The notes under the pieces are model-generated. The model did no database searches. It saw nothing but the letters and a program-made list of their open reading frames with translations, and had not been told where the DNA came from. Made by a program: the position numbers and the translations under genes. From Callorhinchus milii (Eukaryota), in contig NW_024704743.1 of assembly GCF_018977255.1 (NCBI RefSeq), positions 103,418,001 to 103,482,000 of the forward strand: 64,000 nt of DNA, written 5' to 3'. Positions within the stretch are counted from its first letter, which is position 1, and the number at the start of each line of letters is the position of its first letter. Positions 12,963 through 25,854 of this stretch are shown here, piece after piece.

Positions 12963-13951
12963 CAACAACAACAAGATTACATTTGTATAGCACCTTTCAC
13001 CTCGGGAGGACATCCCAAAACACTGGACAGAGTATAGCATTTCAGACCCGAGCTGGGGTTGGGGGGGGAAGGGAGCGGAAGGGGGGTGGCCAATGGCATG
13101 GTCGAAGAGGAGGGTCTTGAAAGAGGCTAAGGACGAGGCAAGGCGGAGTGACTGGGGGATGGAGTTCCAGAGGTTGGGGGCAGAATGGCTGAAGGCTCTC
13201 CCGCCAATGGTGGTCATCAGGAAGAGAACGTCTCTGAGTCTTTTTCATCTACCACAACATTCGCCTTTTCCTCTCCAAATCTAGTTTAAATAGGAGGTTG
13301 CAGAGGTAGGGTGGGGCAAGGCCATGGAGGGCTTTGTATGTGAGGACCAGGATCTTGAACTGGATCCTCTGAAGGATAGGGAGCCAATGGAGTCAAGCAA
13401 TAGTGGGGGAGATGGGATCACGGGGTTTGGTGTGGCAGAGGACACGGGCTGCAGAGTTCTGGATTATCTGCAGCCTGCGGAGGGAGGAGTTGGGAAGGCC
13501 AACAAGCAGGGCATTTGCATAGTCAAGCCTGGAGATGATGAAGGCATGAGCAAGAGTTTCAGCGCCTGAGCAGTGAAGTAATGGCGGAGTCGGGCGATGT
13601 TACGGAGGTGAGGGAAGGCAGAGCGGGTCATGGCTTGGATGTGGGGGAGAAAGGACAGTTGAGGGTCGAACAAGAAACCTGGGTTCCTGACTGGCTGGTG
13701 AGTTACAATGTGCAACCATGAAGGTTGATGCTGCCACAGCCTGAGGTGCTGAGGCGCTGGCGCGAGCCAATCAGGAGGGCCTCAGTCTTGTTCACATTCA
13801 GCTGTAGGAAATTTGCTCTCATCCAGGACTTGATGTCCGATAGGCAGTCTGTCAGGACAACAGTGGTCCTGGAGTTGAGGGTGGAGGCAGAGAGTTGGCT
13901 GTCATCCACATACATGTGGAAGTTGACCCCATGTCTGCAGATGATGTCACC
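12963..13951 (-). mobile_element. 5'-truncated L2 LINE (type-1 tail) carrying an 80-bp foreign segment at 13212-13291
   Basis: HMYVDDSQL, LQLNVNKTEALLIG, HWLP-region and GGRAFSHSAPNLWNSIP motifs; tail (TTG)n. Confidence 0.92.
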
Positions 13952-14084
13952 AGGCTTTTTTTAACGTCATGTTTTAGCATCCCAAGCATTTTAGGGTGCT
14001 ACCCTGCATGAGGGGGCTATATAAATGCAAGTTGTTGTTATTGTTGTTATTTCATGTCCCTATCAGATTCACCCCATTATTAGG

Positions 14085-14342
14085 CTCTGGAACTCCATCC
14101 CCCAGTGCCTTCGCCTTGCCTCCTCCCTTTCCTCCTTCAAGGCCGGTCTCAAGACCTTTCTCTTTGACCGTGCCTTCAGCTCCCCTCTCGACTCTCTACC
14201 CCCTCCTCGCTCCCTCCCTTCCCTCCCCTCACCCTAACCATTTCCCCCTTGCTCGGGTCCTGACCCAACTGTACAGTGCCTTGGGACGTCCTCCCGACGT
14301 GAAAGGCGCTCAATAAATGGAATCTTGTTGTTGTTGTTGTTG
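14085..14342 (+). mobile_element. L2 3' end (type-1 tail)
   Basis: LWNSIPQCLRLASSLSSFKAGLKTFLF, then CAGTGCCTTGGGACGTCCTCCCGACGTGAAAGGCGC and (TTG)n. Confidence 0.9.
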
Positions 14343-14549
14343 TAGTGAGTGGTCAAGCGTTTATTCACATTCCCCCCGACATGAAAGGCATCATACAAAT
14401 GTAACTTTGTTGTTGTTGTTTAGCCCCTCTCTTTGGAATTCTCTCCTTAAATCCCTCCATCTCTGAACCTCCCTCTCTGTTTTCAAATCCCATCTGAAAA
14501 ACTCTTCCTTTGATAGCCACCTCTCTATTCCCCCTCCCCACTATATCCT

Positions 14550-14870
14550 GGAGTCCTGTAACTCAGTGGTTAGAGCACTCGCTTTGCAAGTGAGAGACCT
14601 GAGTTCAATTCCAGGCAGGGCGAAACCTTGGGCAAGTTTCCTTACTCCACACGTCTAATAATAATCCCTCCAAAACCCAAAACAATAATAAATTGGTCAT
14701 TTTCAATCTACGACTGTTTGTGGGACATTGCTGTGCGCAATTGGCTGCCGCGTTCGCCCACAAATATACAGTCCATTCACTTAACAGTGTGTTCTGTGAA
14801 GCGCTTTGGGACGTCCTCCCGACGTGAAAAGCGCTATATCAAATGCAAGGATTATTATTATTATTATTAT
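14550..14870 (+). mobile_element. Full-length young tRNA-Ala SINE with 8-bp target-site duplication, nested in an old L2 remnant (~14422-14965)
   Basis: TATATCCT at 14542-14549 and 14871-14878 flanks the element. Confidence 0.95.
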
Positions 14871-15316
14871 TATATCCTATCCTGCTCGGACCCACACCTT
14901 TATCTCTTTAAAGTACTTTTAAGAAATTTGCCTGCATGAAAAGTGCTGTACAAGGGCAGGTTGTCATTAACCAACTTTGAAAAGAATATTATGCTTAAAA
15001 AGTATATGAACTAAATATCATTCTGTCAGTTACTGATTTTGACTTCCGAAAGATTAGAACGACTGCTTTTAAGTAACCTTTTTCTTTTAAATTTTGCATC
15101 TTTATGGTATTCATATGTGAGGAATGTCACTGGAGAATGGGTTGTCCGTTGAGGGCACCACATCCTTTAAATATCCACATGTACATTCTCAAGTAGATAT
15201 CACCGGCAAGCAACAAGGAATGCAAACAACAAGGAGCACAAATCCTGAGTGATTTTTCCTCTGCATTGCCCGAGGAAGGCTGGGCAATGATTAATGGATA
15301 GATAGTTGTGCAAGTA

Positions 15317-15447
15317 CACATTAATAGCTAGACAGCTATGCTATTAATGCTATTAGTGCTAGACCCATTAATAGCTACACAACTGTGTGCGCACACATTA
15401 ATGGCTAGACAACTGTGTGTACACCTTAATGATTACACAGCTGTTTG
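15317..15447. repeat. Degenerate ~28-30 bp tandem repeat
   Basis: About 4 units resembling ACACATTAATAGCTAGACAACTGTGTG. Confidence 0.65.
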
Positions 15448-15724
15448 TCAATATGTTATAATGAATAAGTGTACTATAATGCAAGTCTTGTGTAGTGAAC
15501 CCACTAGGAAAATAGGTAATATTCCCCAAACAAAATTTCACAGATGACCTATGGATGTCGCAGAGTCAAGTTTCACTTCATTAGCATCAGCCAGGTATGA
15601 ACCTATAGAATTTCATCTCAATAACCTACAATTGGATTCAAATTCAATTTAAAAAAATTAACGGGCAGAATAAGCTATCCAGTTTCTTACTTTATGATAA
15701 TCTACAGAATTTAAGCTTGTTCAG

Positions 15725-16090
15725 CAAGATTACAGAGAATTATACAACAGAAACAGGCCATTTGGCCCAACTAGTCCATGGTATGTTTATACACCGCACA
15801 AGCGGTGTAACCCATCCTAACACGCTCTATTCTCTTCTCCCTCATTTATGCATTAAATTTCAACTTAAATATGTTGATACTATTTGCTTCTGGCAGTGAG
15901 TACCACATTCCCACCACCCTCTGAGTAAAGACAATCATCCTACACTCTTTTTAGATGTGCTTCTGGTTATTTAACAATTATGCCCCTTGTGTTGATCTCA
16001 GCAAAAAGCGCAAACACCCAGTTTATGTCTACTTTATCAAATCCTATCTTAATCTTAAAAATCATTAACAGTTCTACTTTTTCAAAAGAA
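15725..16090 (-). mobile_element. Old CR1 3' fragment
   Basis: ACAGAAACAGGCCATTTGGCCCAAC tail; GGCAGTGAGTACCACATTCCCACCACCCTCTGAGTAAAG. Confidence 0.65.
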
Positions 16091-17399
16091 CAGATAATAT
16101 AATTGAATTGCATCTCCTAAATAACATTTGACATTCCCCCTTCGTATTGCAGGCTATTTATCGTAACACATTGACCTTTGTCAGGAGATTAAAAAACAAC
16201 TTTATCCACATCTGCTGTCAATGCCACTTAATCACTGAAGTCAACAGGAGTCATGATTCAACCAAGTCACGTCAATCAATCAATGTAATTTCTTCCTCTT
16301 TCCTCCCAGAAGTGGAGACTGTTGTTCCCTTCTAGATTCTGGCTAACTGCACAAATAAAATACAAATAATGAGTCTCATTAATTCAGACAAGCAAGCTAC
16401 AATGATTGACAGCCCAGGAACTCATCTCACAACCTTCTGACTGGGTGCTAAATGCCTGACCATTTAAACAACTGTGAGGTCTTGTTCGAGTTGTTTTTTC
16501 TTAATCATAATTTTGTTTGTAATGAACTTCCAAAATAGAAACTAGGATGTCTGCACTGACTCACCAGAATACCAATAGAAGGCAGTTAAAACACAAATAT
16601 GTTCGTTCATCTGTAAAAGGTTACCAATGAAATATTGTTCATTGTATTTCCATCAACAGTACTGCTGCAACTGGTTTTATATTAAAGTAACAATGCACTT
16701 GATTAGACACACCACCATCAATTGTCACCCTTTTTGTGAGCAGCCTCTCTTGCTTTAATGATTTTTATTTTTATGAATATCGACACTTTTATTACATTAC
16801 ATTAATGAAATGTGTAAAGCATGTCTTCCCAATAGAATTGAACCGTGAAGAGCATATGATTTGTGACAACTTGCAGGTGGCATCTGCAACCAGTACGGTT
16901 GTGTAACTTCCAAATCAATTCACAGAATACTCGTTTACAAAATCATGGCACCAGAAAAACGTAATGCCATAACAGGGGAGGCTCAATGGTATGCACAAAA
17001 TCAATTATTCTGTGGACAGATAATCAACACACAACTGAGCTTATTCACAAAGTAGATAAAATGCATAAACTGTGATCACATGTGTAGCAGAAGGCTCTGT
17101 AAAGCACTTTGTGACACCCTCCCTTATTCAAACATGGTGCTATATAAATGTAACTTGTGTTATATATCTTCATGGGTGTATAACAACAATTAAATAAGCT
17201 GAACATAGAAGCTCTTTTTTTTGTCAGCTGAGTGTCTGACACATGTGAAAACCTATCACCGTACTTAAGATTATCCAAACCAGACAGAGTTGCATTTATG
17301 CCACCTTACACATTGAAATTTCGCTGGATCTGGAATGGAATGCACTCTCTCTAACTAATTCTGGAAAACGATAGGCACAAGTTTGCAAGAACCATGGCT

Positions 17400-17650
17400 T
17401 CCATTCCTTCTATTCCCTTTTCCTTGACCCCTCTATTCCTCTCTCCAAACCCCTGATGCATCAAGATTCTTCTTAAATAAGCTGATTTTTTTGGGTTTCA
17501 ACCACAGCTTCTGACTGTTAGTTCCACATTCTCTGTGTAAATAAGTTCCTCCCAAACTTACTTTTAGATCTTTTCCTGGCTGTCAAATTTATGCCCCCTT
17601 GTTTGGGACTCACCAATAATTGGAAACAGCCTATTAATGTCCAATTGCCA
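17400..17650 (-). mobile_element. Old CR1 fragment
   Basis: GTTCCACATTCTCTGTGTAAATAAG...TTATGCCCCCTTG...TGGAAACAG, homologous to CR1 3' region. Confidence 0.55.
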
Positions 17651-19029
17651 TATAGAATATGTGTACTCTACGCTCAATGCCAATTCCAGTGGATCTGTAC
17701 TAGGAAATGAGCAAGGTGCACACCAGCAGCTCTGATGTTTGATAGCAGAACAAACTAGGGTAGGAATTTGTTGTTCCTTTATTTCAGTACACTGACAAAA
17801 GACAAGTCAAAAAGGTAAATACTGTATTGGCTTTATCTTGTTGCCACATCAGAAGACACAAATGGTAACATTTGTCAGAAATAACAGAAATAAGTAAACT
17901 ATCAAAATAGAATGACAAAAAGTGATTGTTTTTATAAGTTGCTGAAGCCCTAAATTGAGGTTTTGTGACTCATGTCCAGTTCTCCCTTTTCCTAGCTTAC
18001 TCATGCAAGTAAACAGAGACTTGCTTTTCAAGGAACCAGACACTATATTGTGTTTACAGTAAATTATTTATTTTAAGACAGAGTGGGAAAAATGTAACAT
18101 TCTATGTGATTTTCACACAGAGAAAAAACACAGTTCAAATGTGTCTTTAAAACCTGTCCTTCATGACAAGTTTGTGAATTCCCCCTCCTTCCCTCCCCAT
18201 GACTTCAGGAAATCTGTATCATGCAGATTCAAGATCAATGCCAAAATAGTTTTAGCAAGACAGGATAGAGTCCTGAAATTATTTCCAGCTGTGAGATCAG
18301 TTATTCAATCTTACCTCATCAAAGACCAGTGATAATTACTACATCAAGCATTCTCCCCATGCTACAGCCAAGTGTTTAATCTGACTCAGTCAGAGGCCTT
18401 AAACCTCGGTCCTGTTTGTCTGATCGGGTGCAAGGTAAAGATTTTGTCACACTATTCAAAATGAGAAGGGAGTTTCTCCTGGCTAGTTAATCCCCTCAAT
18501 AAAATTAATTATTTACTTCATGTATGTTTGCGAGACATTACTATGCACAAATTGGCTGTGGGGTTAGCCTACATGATTTGCAGTTACCACACTTCAAATT
18601 ACAGCCAATTTGTTTCAATGAGAGAGATGCATCCAGTTAATTTTCGCCTTCAAAAGATTACTGGGGTTAAATTCTGTCCAGGTGTACATCTACTCTATTT
18701 ATGCAGCATTTCAGATTGTGCCAAAATTTGGCAAATTATTGAACTCAGTCTTAACTTTGAAATTGTTTTTTCTATTTCTTAAAATAAATTTAATAATATA
18801 TTAATGACCCTTAAATTTGATATAGGACCTATAATATTGGGAGGATATCTAAAGGCTCTTCACAGAATATAATGTAAATTATAGCAACTCTATTTTGTAA
18901 GCAATGCAACAATCAATTTGCACATAGCAATATCCTACAAACAGTTATGAAGTGAATAAACATATTTTTATTTGGGATTGAATGCTTGGGCACCAGGAGT
19001 AACTCCCTTCTATAATAGGATTATAGAAG

Positions 19030-19408
19030 GATTTACTACAAAGTGTAGTGACTGTGAATTTTATAGGTGAACCCAGCAGCCAATTTTCCGCACAGTAATA
19101 TTCAAAATCAGCCATAAAGTGAATGACTAATTTTATGAAGGGAATTGTTTGCTAGGACATCAGGAGTAAATCCCTCTTCTTTTTGAATTGTGCCATGGAA
19201 TTGTGTTAATATCCATGCAAACAAGAAGACAGGACCTCAATTTAATACTCATCTAAAGGATACACTTCCAGCAATGAAGCACACCTCCAGCAATGCACTG
19301 GAGTGTTAGCTGAGAGCCCTAGACTATCAATTCAAAGTCCGAATGCGGGGCTTGAAACTTCAACCTCGGCCTCAGAGGCAAGAGTGCTGCGAATTGAGCC
19401 AGGCTGAC
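19030..19408 (-). mobile_element. DeuSINE/SacSINE1-like SINE
   Basis: Head rc TGTCAGCCTGGCTCAATTCGCAGCACTCTTGCCTCTGAGG; shared core. Confidence 0.7.
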
Positions 19409-19699
19409 ATTCATTTAAAAATTCACAAGATGTATTTCCACAAAGCAGAAAACTGAAATTTTTATTATGCCCATACAAAGGTTGCCAGGCAACAAAGCAT
19501 AGTAAAAGGCAATTAAAAGAAAAGAAGCCAAGCCTGATAGCTCTTCTCCTTATTAAAATCAATTACACTGTTTCTTAATAAAGAAACTCACACCAAGTCC
19601 TGGAATCATAAGTGAAAAACATTCTCAATCTCTATATTGTGGCTGAAAGATCAGGCTCCATTTGTTATTTTTTGTTCTTATTCTTTGTNTTTTTGTCCT

Positions 19700-22222
19700 C
19701 AGACTTCTCCTTTCTCCTCTCTCAACCTCTCCCTCCACATCCACTCTGCTACCCACATTCACGGCCACCCACTCGACCTGGTGATCACCCGGGGCACACC
19801 ATCACCGACAAGGCCACCTCTGACCAGCATTTCATCTCCCTCAACTCCTATATCCCTCTCCCCACTGCCTTCAAACCTACCGCCATCTTCTACCACCAGT
19901 GGAAGAATATAATAATACAATAATAATAATCCTTGATTTGATATAGCGCTTTTCACGTCTTCTCGACGTTTCAAAGCGCTTCACAGAATAGAGTGTAAAG
20001 TGAATTGACCGTATACTTGTGGGCGAAGATTTCCCTGCGATCCCTCTCCGCTGCCCTGGAGTCCTCTGAACTCCTCCCCCTCTGGCCCACCTCCCTCACT
20101 AACCCATCCTCTGCGTTTACTCTCCTCCACAGCACCCTCTCCACCACAATTGACGCCCTTGCCCCCCTCACCTCCCGAACTGCCTCCTATTCCCGATTCT
20201 CACCCTGGTTCACCAGCCACCGCTGCTTGCTCAAGGGCCAGGTGCTGGCTCCTGAATGCACATGGTTCAAATCTGGTCTGACGGTCCACCAACACATCTG
20301 GCTAGACCACATCAAAACATACCTCAGCCAAATCGTCCTCTACTCCAGGTTAATCCTGGAGACGAAGGGCAACCCCACACTCCTATGCTCCACTACCAAC
20401 CTACTCCTTCACCCTCCCTGCCACACCTCGCAGATTCTTTCCTCCGACTCCCATTGCGAGGAAATGCTGGGCTTTCTCGAGTCCAAAATTGAGGGAATCC
20501 ACCCAGCTGCCACTGCCCTCCCAAATTCCACCCCTTCCTTATCCCCACTACCAAACTCGGACCACTCCCCATCCCTCCTTCCACACCTTTGAACCTGTCA
20601 CCCCCTCCTCTGTTATCACCACCATATCCTCCATGAAGCTCACCAGCTGCTCCCTGGACCCCATTCCCACTCCTCTTCTTAAATCCCAGCTCCACCTCTT
20701 TGCCCCACTACTCGCCAACATCATCAACCTCTCCCTGTCATCTGGCACTGTTCCTACCCCCCCTCAAAACAGCCACCTTGAAGAAACCTTCCCTTGATCC
20801 ATCACAGCTATCCAGCTACTGGCCCATCTCCCATCTCCCTTTACTGTCTAAGGTCCTTGAGAGAGCTGTCGCCTCCCAGCTTCGCTATTTCCTCTCCTCC
20901 CACTCCCGCCATAAGACCCTCCAATCGGGTTTCCGTGCTGCCCACAGCACAGAAACTGCTCTGGTCAAGATCACAAATGATATCCTGACCATGTGTGACC
21001 AGGACTCTCTCTGCCTCCTCGTCCTCTCCGCCACCTTTGATACTGTGGATCGCTCAATCCTCTTCCACCGCCTCTCCTCCCACCTCAGCCTTCAAGGTTT
21101 GGTCGTTGACTGGTTCAGGTCTTACTCTCACACTGCCTCCACTTTGTCTCTGCAAACGGCTTCTCCTCCAGCCCCCACACCGTCTCATGCTCTGTCCTCA
21201 GTCCCCTCCTCTTCACCCTCTACATGCTCCCCTTGGTGACATTATCCGCAAACACGGGGTAAATTTCCACATCTATGCGAATGACACCCAACGGTATCTC
21301 TCAGCCTACACCCTCAACTCCAGGACTCCTGGCATCCTGACCGACTGCCTGTTTGACATCAAGTCCTGAACGAGGGACAACTTTCTCCAACTGAACGTCA
21401 GCAAGATCGAGGCCCTCCTAATTGGCTCACGCCAACAACTCTGCATCTCGGGCGCTGGCAGCATCAGTCTCCGTGGCTGCACTCAACCTCACTAAGCCAG
21501 TCAGGAATCTGGGTGTCTTGTTTGACCCTGAACTGTCCTTTCTCCCACACATCCGCACTATGACCGGCACTGCCTAACACCATCTCCGAGCAACGCCAGA
21601 CTCCGCTACTGCCTCACCCCTCAGGCTGCCGAAACCCTCACCCACGCATTCGCCACATCAAGACTCGATTATGGAAACTCCCACCTCATCGGCCTTCCCA
21701 ACTCTTCATCCATAACTCTGCAGCTCGTGTACTCTTGCGCACCGAGCTCTGCGACCCCATCACTCCCACCCTCACCCGACTCCACTGGCTCCCCATCCCT
21801 CAGAAGATCGAGTTCAAGATCCTCGTCCTCACTTTCAAGGCCATCAATGGCCTTGCCCCTCCTACCTCTCTGACCTGCTGACTTCCTACCAACCTGCCCT
21901 CCATTCAGCGGGCTCCGGCCTACTCCATGACTCCCGCCCGACCTGCCCTACCATCGGTGGCTGGGCTTTCAGCCTCACTGCAGCCACACTCTGGAACTCT
22001 ATCCCACAGTCCCTTCGCCTCACTTCCTCCCTCGCCTCCTTCAAGGCCGGTCTCAAGTCCCTCCTCTTCAATCGTACCTTTAGTTGCCCTCCTACCTCTC
22101 TGCCTTCCCTCACCCCTACTCCACCCCTCCCCACACTCGGGTCCTGACCCCTGACTGTCCAGCGCCTTGGGATGTCCTCCTAACGTGAAAGACGCTCTAT
22201 AAATGTAATTTTGTTGTTGTTA
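19700..22222 (+). mobile_element. Longest L2 LINE copy (~2.5 kb): end of APE endonuclease, RT and 3' tail; pseudogenised
   Basis: THIHGHPLDLVITRG (APE C-term), [41 protein letters not shown] motifs broken by frameshifts and stops; type-1 tail at ~22160-22222. Confidence 0.95.
19908..20027 (-). mobile_element. 5'-truncated SINE 3' end nested in L2
   Basis: SINE tail with loop variant ACGTC-GAGAA-GACGT; L2 sequence continues on both sides. Confidence 0.85.
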
Positions 22223-23039
22223 TTTTTAGGTAATATCACCATGAAAAATTGACCTAGGGAAAGCTTCAAAATCAGTTTTACAATTATTCAGAGCTGTCAG
22301 TTCAAATTCTAAATTAGCACTGCACATGCAAATCCTTTCAAATACGTCTTTTACATTGCTGCCATTTATAATGAGACCATTATCTCATAATTATCTCATT
22401 CATGATATATTTGTATTAGATGATAAAATGAGGTTAAAGTGGTGTCTTGATTAAAGCAAAAATGACTGGGTTAAAGCAAAACCAACTCAAAACAATATCA
22501 GATAAGCACCATTTATGTCCCAATAATTGAATAATCCAACATTCTACACATCATTCTTGCATTTGATAAAGAGCCTATAACACTGAAACATTTCAAAGTA
22601 CATCACAGGTTATTACGGTCATGTGTGACTTGTTGACAAATGTGATTAGGTCTATAAAATGACCATCCCTGTCTCAATGTCACACACAACAATTTTATTA
22701 TGTCTAAATATATTGAGAATAAATCATGTACAGAAAATGTATGCAATGCAACCATGAATTAGAAGAAGAATTTTCTTTCTATTTTGCTAGCTCATAATTT
22801 GAATCATTCATCCTCATAGTTATTCTCATGTTTTCTTCAGTACCTGGAGACCAACTCTGTACTTCAAATTCACAGTGAAAACAACAGTTCCACAAAAACT
22901 AAACAGGCAACATTGTTCCTGCAATGCTGGTGCTGAAACAAATTGTGATGCAAAATGACTTACAGATAAAATTCCACCTGGTCTAGATTTACTCTATTAA
23001 TGTAATATTCTGGAGTGTCAAATTCTTAAACACAGCCAG

Positions 23040-23322
23040 AGAAGGCTCCGGCCTTCTGCATGTCCCTCGTGCCCTCCGTTCCACCATTGGTGGCCGTGCT
23101 TTCAGCCACTATGCCCCGAAACTCTGTAACACTTTTCCTCTATCCTTCCGCCTTGCCCCTTCCTTCCCCATCTTTACATCGCGCCTGAAGACCTTCCTAT
23201 TCGACTGTGCCTACAGTCATCCACCCCTCCACCTGGCTTGGCGTCGTGCTCCACCAATGTCATATGCTCTGGGCCCCTACCCTCTGTGGGGGGGGGCGCT
23301 ATATAAATGCAAATTGTTGCTG
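23040..23322 (+). mobile_element. L2 3' fragment
   Basis: CCACCATTGGTGGCCGTGCTTTCAGC; tail GGCGCTATATAAATGCAAATTGTTG. Confidence 0.85.
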
Positions 23323-24245
23323 ATGTTAATACCGAATCAATTTTTCTGTAAGTTTCTTTTAAACACTGCAGAAAAACAATTTTAAAGTTAAAAATCAATT
23401 CAATAGTTTGTCAGTTGCTGCACAGTACGAATTTTATTGGAGTAAATCGAGTGGAATTTCTATCCAATATTATCTTGAGGCATTTAGATTACATCCAGCA
23501 ATGAGTAGGTTATTCACGATACCATCAATTTAATGTAATTATATATTTTTTTCCAGATCTTGGCACCACTGTGTTCTTGCATTTTTCCATCAAAACGAAG
23601 GTAGTAAATAAAACAGATTTACATCAATGGGTAAATCGTAAGGTTCCAAAAATAAAGTGAAGTTTATTTAAACATCCAACTAACAGAAAATATGCTGACT
23701 GATGTTGTGGAAAAGTTATTAAATAAAGCAAGTCTACTGTTAAATTTAGCCAGAAATTGTTCCACATTGGTTAAGTTGTCTCAGAACCCCTCGATTAGGA
23801 TATTGGCTTTCAATCATTTACCCATTAATCTAGATGTAGTTCATCCAAGCAGTTGAGATGAAATCACAATCTACAAGACTGGAGCTTGAGTGATTTATTA
23901 ACATTGTCAGAAACATGAAAATGGAATTACAGGGTTTCCAACATTTGCAAACAGCAAGCCACTGAGGTATGCTTACCATGTTGGAGCCGCCAAGCCCAGT
24001 GCAGCAGATGACAAGAAACACTATTAGTACCAGAAATGATGCATGGCTTTCTAATAAATGGGCTTTCCCCAGTGGTTCAATTGGTAAAGCTACACAGGTA
24101 ATGTTAAAATGAGCCGTACATACACAGATGGTCCAGATTTCACCGCTAGCCTTGTTGGGTTAACTTATCACTGCTGGGGAAACTGAAGAGGTGTTATAAT
24201 TCACTTCGGCAGGAGTAGCTATAATCAGTAAGACCTTCCACTACC

Positions 24246-25520
24246 TAGAACATAAGAATTAGGAGCAGAAGTAGGCCATTCGGCCCCTCGAGCCTGCCCC
24301 GCCATTCAATAAGATCATGGCTGATCTATTCTAACTCCACCTACCCGCCTTATCCCCATATCCCTTAATCCTTTTATCCACAAGAAATCTATCAATCTCA
24401 GTCTTGAATATGTTCAAGGACTGAGCATCTACAGCCATTTGAGGTAGAGAATTCCGTAAATTCTGGGTGAAGAAGTTATTCCTCAACACAGTGCGAAAAG
24501 ACTTACCCCAAATTTTAAGACTGACCACTGGTTATAGTTTCTCCAACCATGGGAAAAAGTCTCCCACTATCTATTCTGTTGTGCCCCTTAATAATCTTAT
24601 AGTTTTCTATAAGATCACCTCTCATTCTTCTATGTTCTAGAGAATATAGACCTAAATTGCTCAACCTATCCTCATAACTCAACCCCCTCATCCCTGGTAC
24701 CAACCTAGTGAATCTACGTTGTACACCCTCCAAGGCAAGTACATCCTTTCTTAAATAAGGAGACCAAAACTGCACACAATACTCTAGGTGCGGTCTCACC
24801 AGGGCCCTATACACTTGCAGCAAGACTTCCCTACTCTTATAGTCTATCCCTTTTGTAACAAATGCCAACATACCGTTAGCCTTTCTAATTGCTTGCTGTA
24901 CCTGCAACCTGTACAAGGACACCCAAGTCCCTCTGAATGCTAACACGATCTAGTCTTTCCCCTTCTAAAAAATAGTCTGCTCTACTGTTTTTGCCACCTA
25001 GGTGGATGACCTCACACTTCCCTACATTATGCTTCATCTGCCACCTATTTGCCCACTCACCGAGCCTATCTATATCTCGTTGCATTTTTTTAATGTCATC
25101 CTTGGTGTTTACTCTCCCTCCTAGTTTAGTGTCATCCGCGAATTTGGATATATTAAGTTCGATGGCCTCATCTAGATCGTTGATGTAGATTGTAAATAGT
25201 TGAGGCCCAAGCACTGATCCTTGTGGCACTCCACGAGTCACATCCCGCCATCTGAGAAGGACCCCTTTATCCCTACTATGTTTTCTTCCCGTTAGCCACT
25301 GTTCAATCCATGCTAATATATTCCCCTTAATTCCGTGGGCCCTAATCTTGTGGATCAACCTTTTATGCGGCACCTTATCGAATGCCTTTTGGAAATCTAA
25401 ATACACTACATCCACTGAATCCCCCCTATCTAATCTACTTAACATGTCCTCAAAAAAATCTAAAAGATTTGTTAAGCATGACTTCTCTTTTGTAAAGCCA
25501 TGTTGACTCTGTCTAACCTA
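24246..25520 (-). mobile_element. 5'-truncated CR1 LINE (RT domain plus 3' tail)
   Basis: YLDFQKAFDKVPH, GVPQGSVLGP, KFADDTKLGG, VRPHLEYCVQFWSP; frameshifted. Confidence 0.95.
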
Positions 25521-25854
25521 TTATGTTCCGATGATACAATGAGACATGTCAAAGATATGATCAGGCATTATATCAAATGCAAGGATTATTATTATTATGA
25601 AAGTATTAAAAAGGAACCAATTGAGTGTCCTGAGATTGATTCAGTTACTGAAAGAGTCCCAAATATGTGACTTATCAAAGATTCTCTTGATAAATACTGT
25701 AACTTGATCCCCAATATCTATTGTTAACATCTTTCTATTTTGGAAATTCTATTTCTTCTTTCAGAAAGCTGTCTGAAGTTTCTTTTGTCAATAAGGACAC
25801 AAATAATTAATTTTGACTACCTGCCAACCCGTGTCTCTCAATATCATGTCTCCA

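Noticed and set aside
14628..14939. Recurrent small ORF family (MGKFPYSTRL...KCKDYYYY)
   Set aside because: Incidental frame of the SINE; start is non-ATG, frames differ among copies, and poly-Tyr is the (ATT)n tail
19689..19689. Ambiguous base N adjacent to the 5' end of the long L2
   Set aside because: Assembly artefact rather than biology; it may mark a join, so the L2 5' boundary is uncertain
24515..25445. Functional reverse transcriptase gene or retron-like system (also 28338-29303, 20005-21369)
   Set aside because: Frameshifted, 5'-truncated CR1/L2 ORF2 remnants ending in LINE tails
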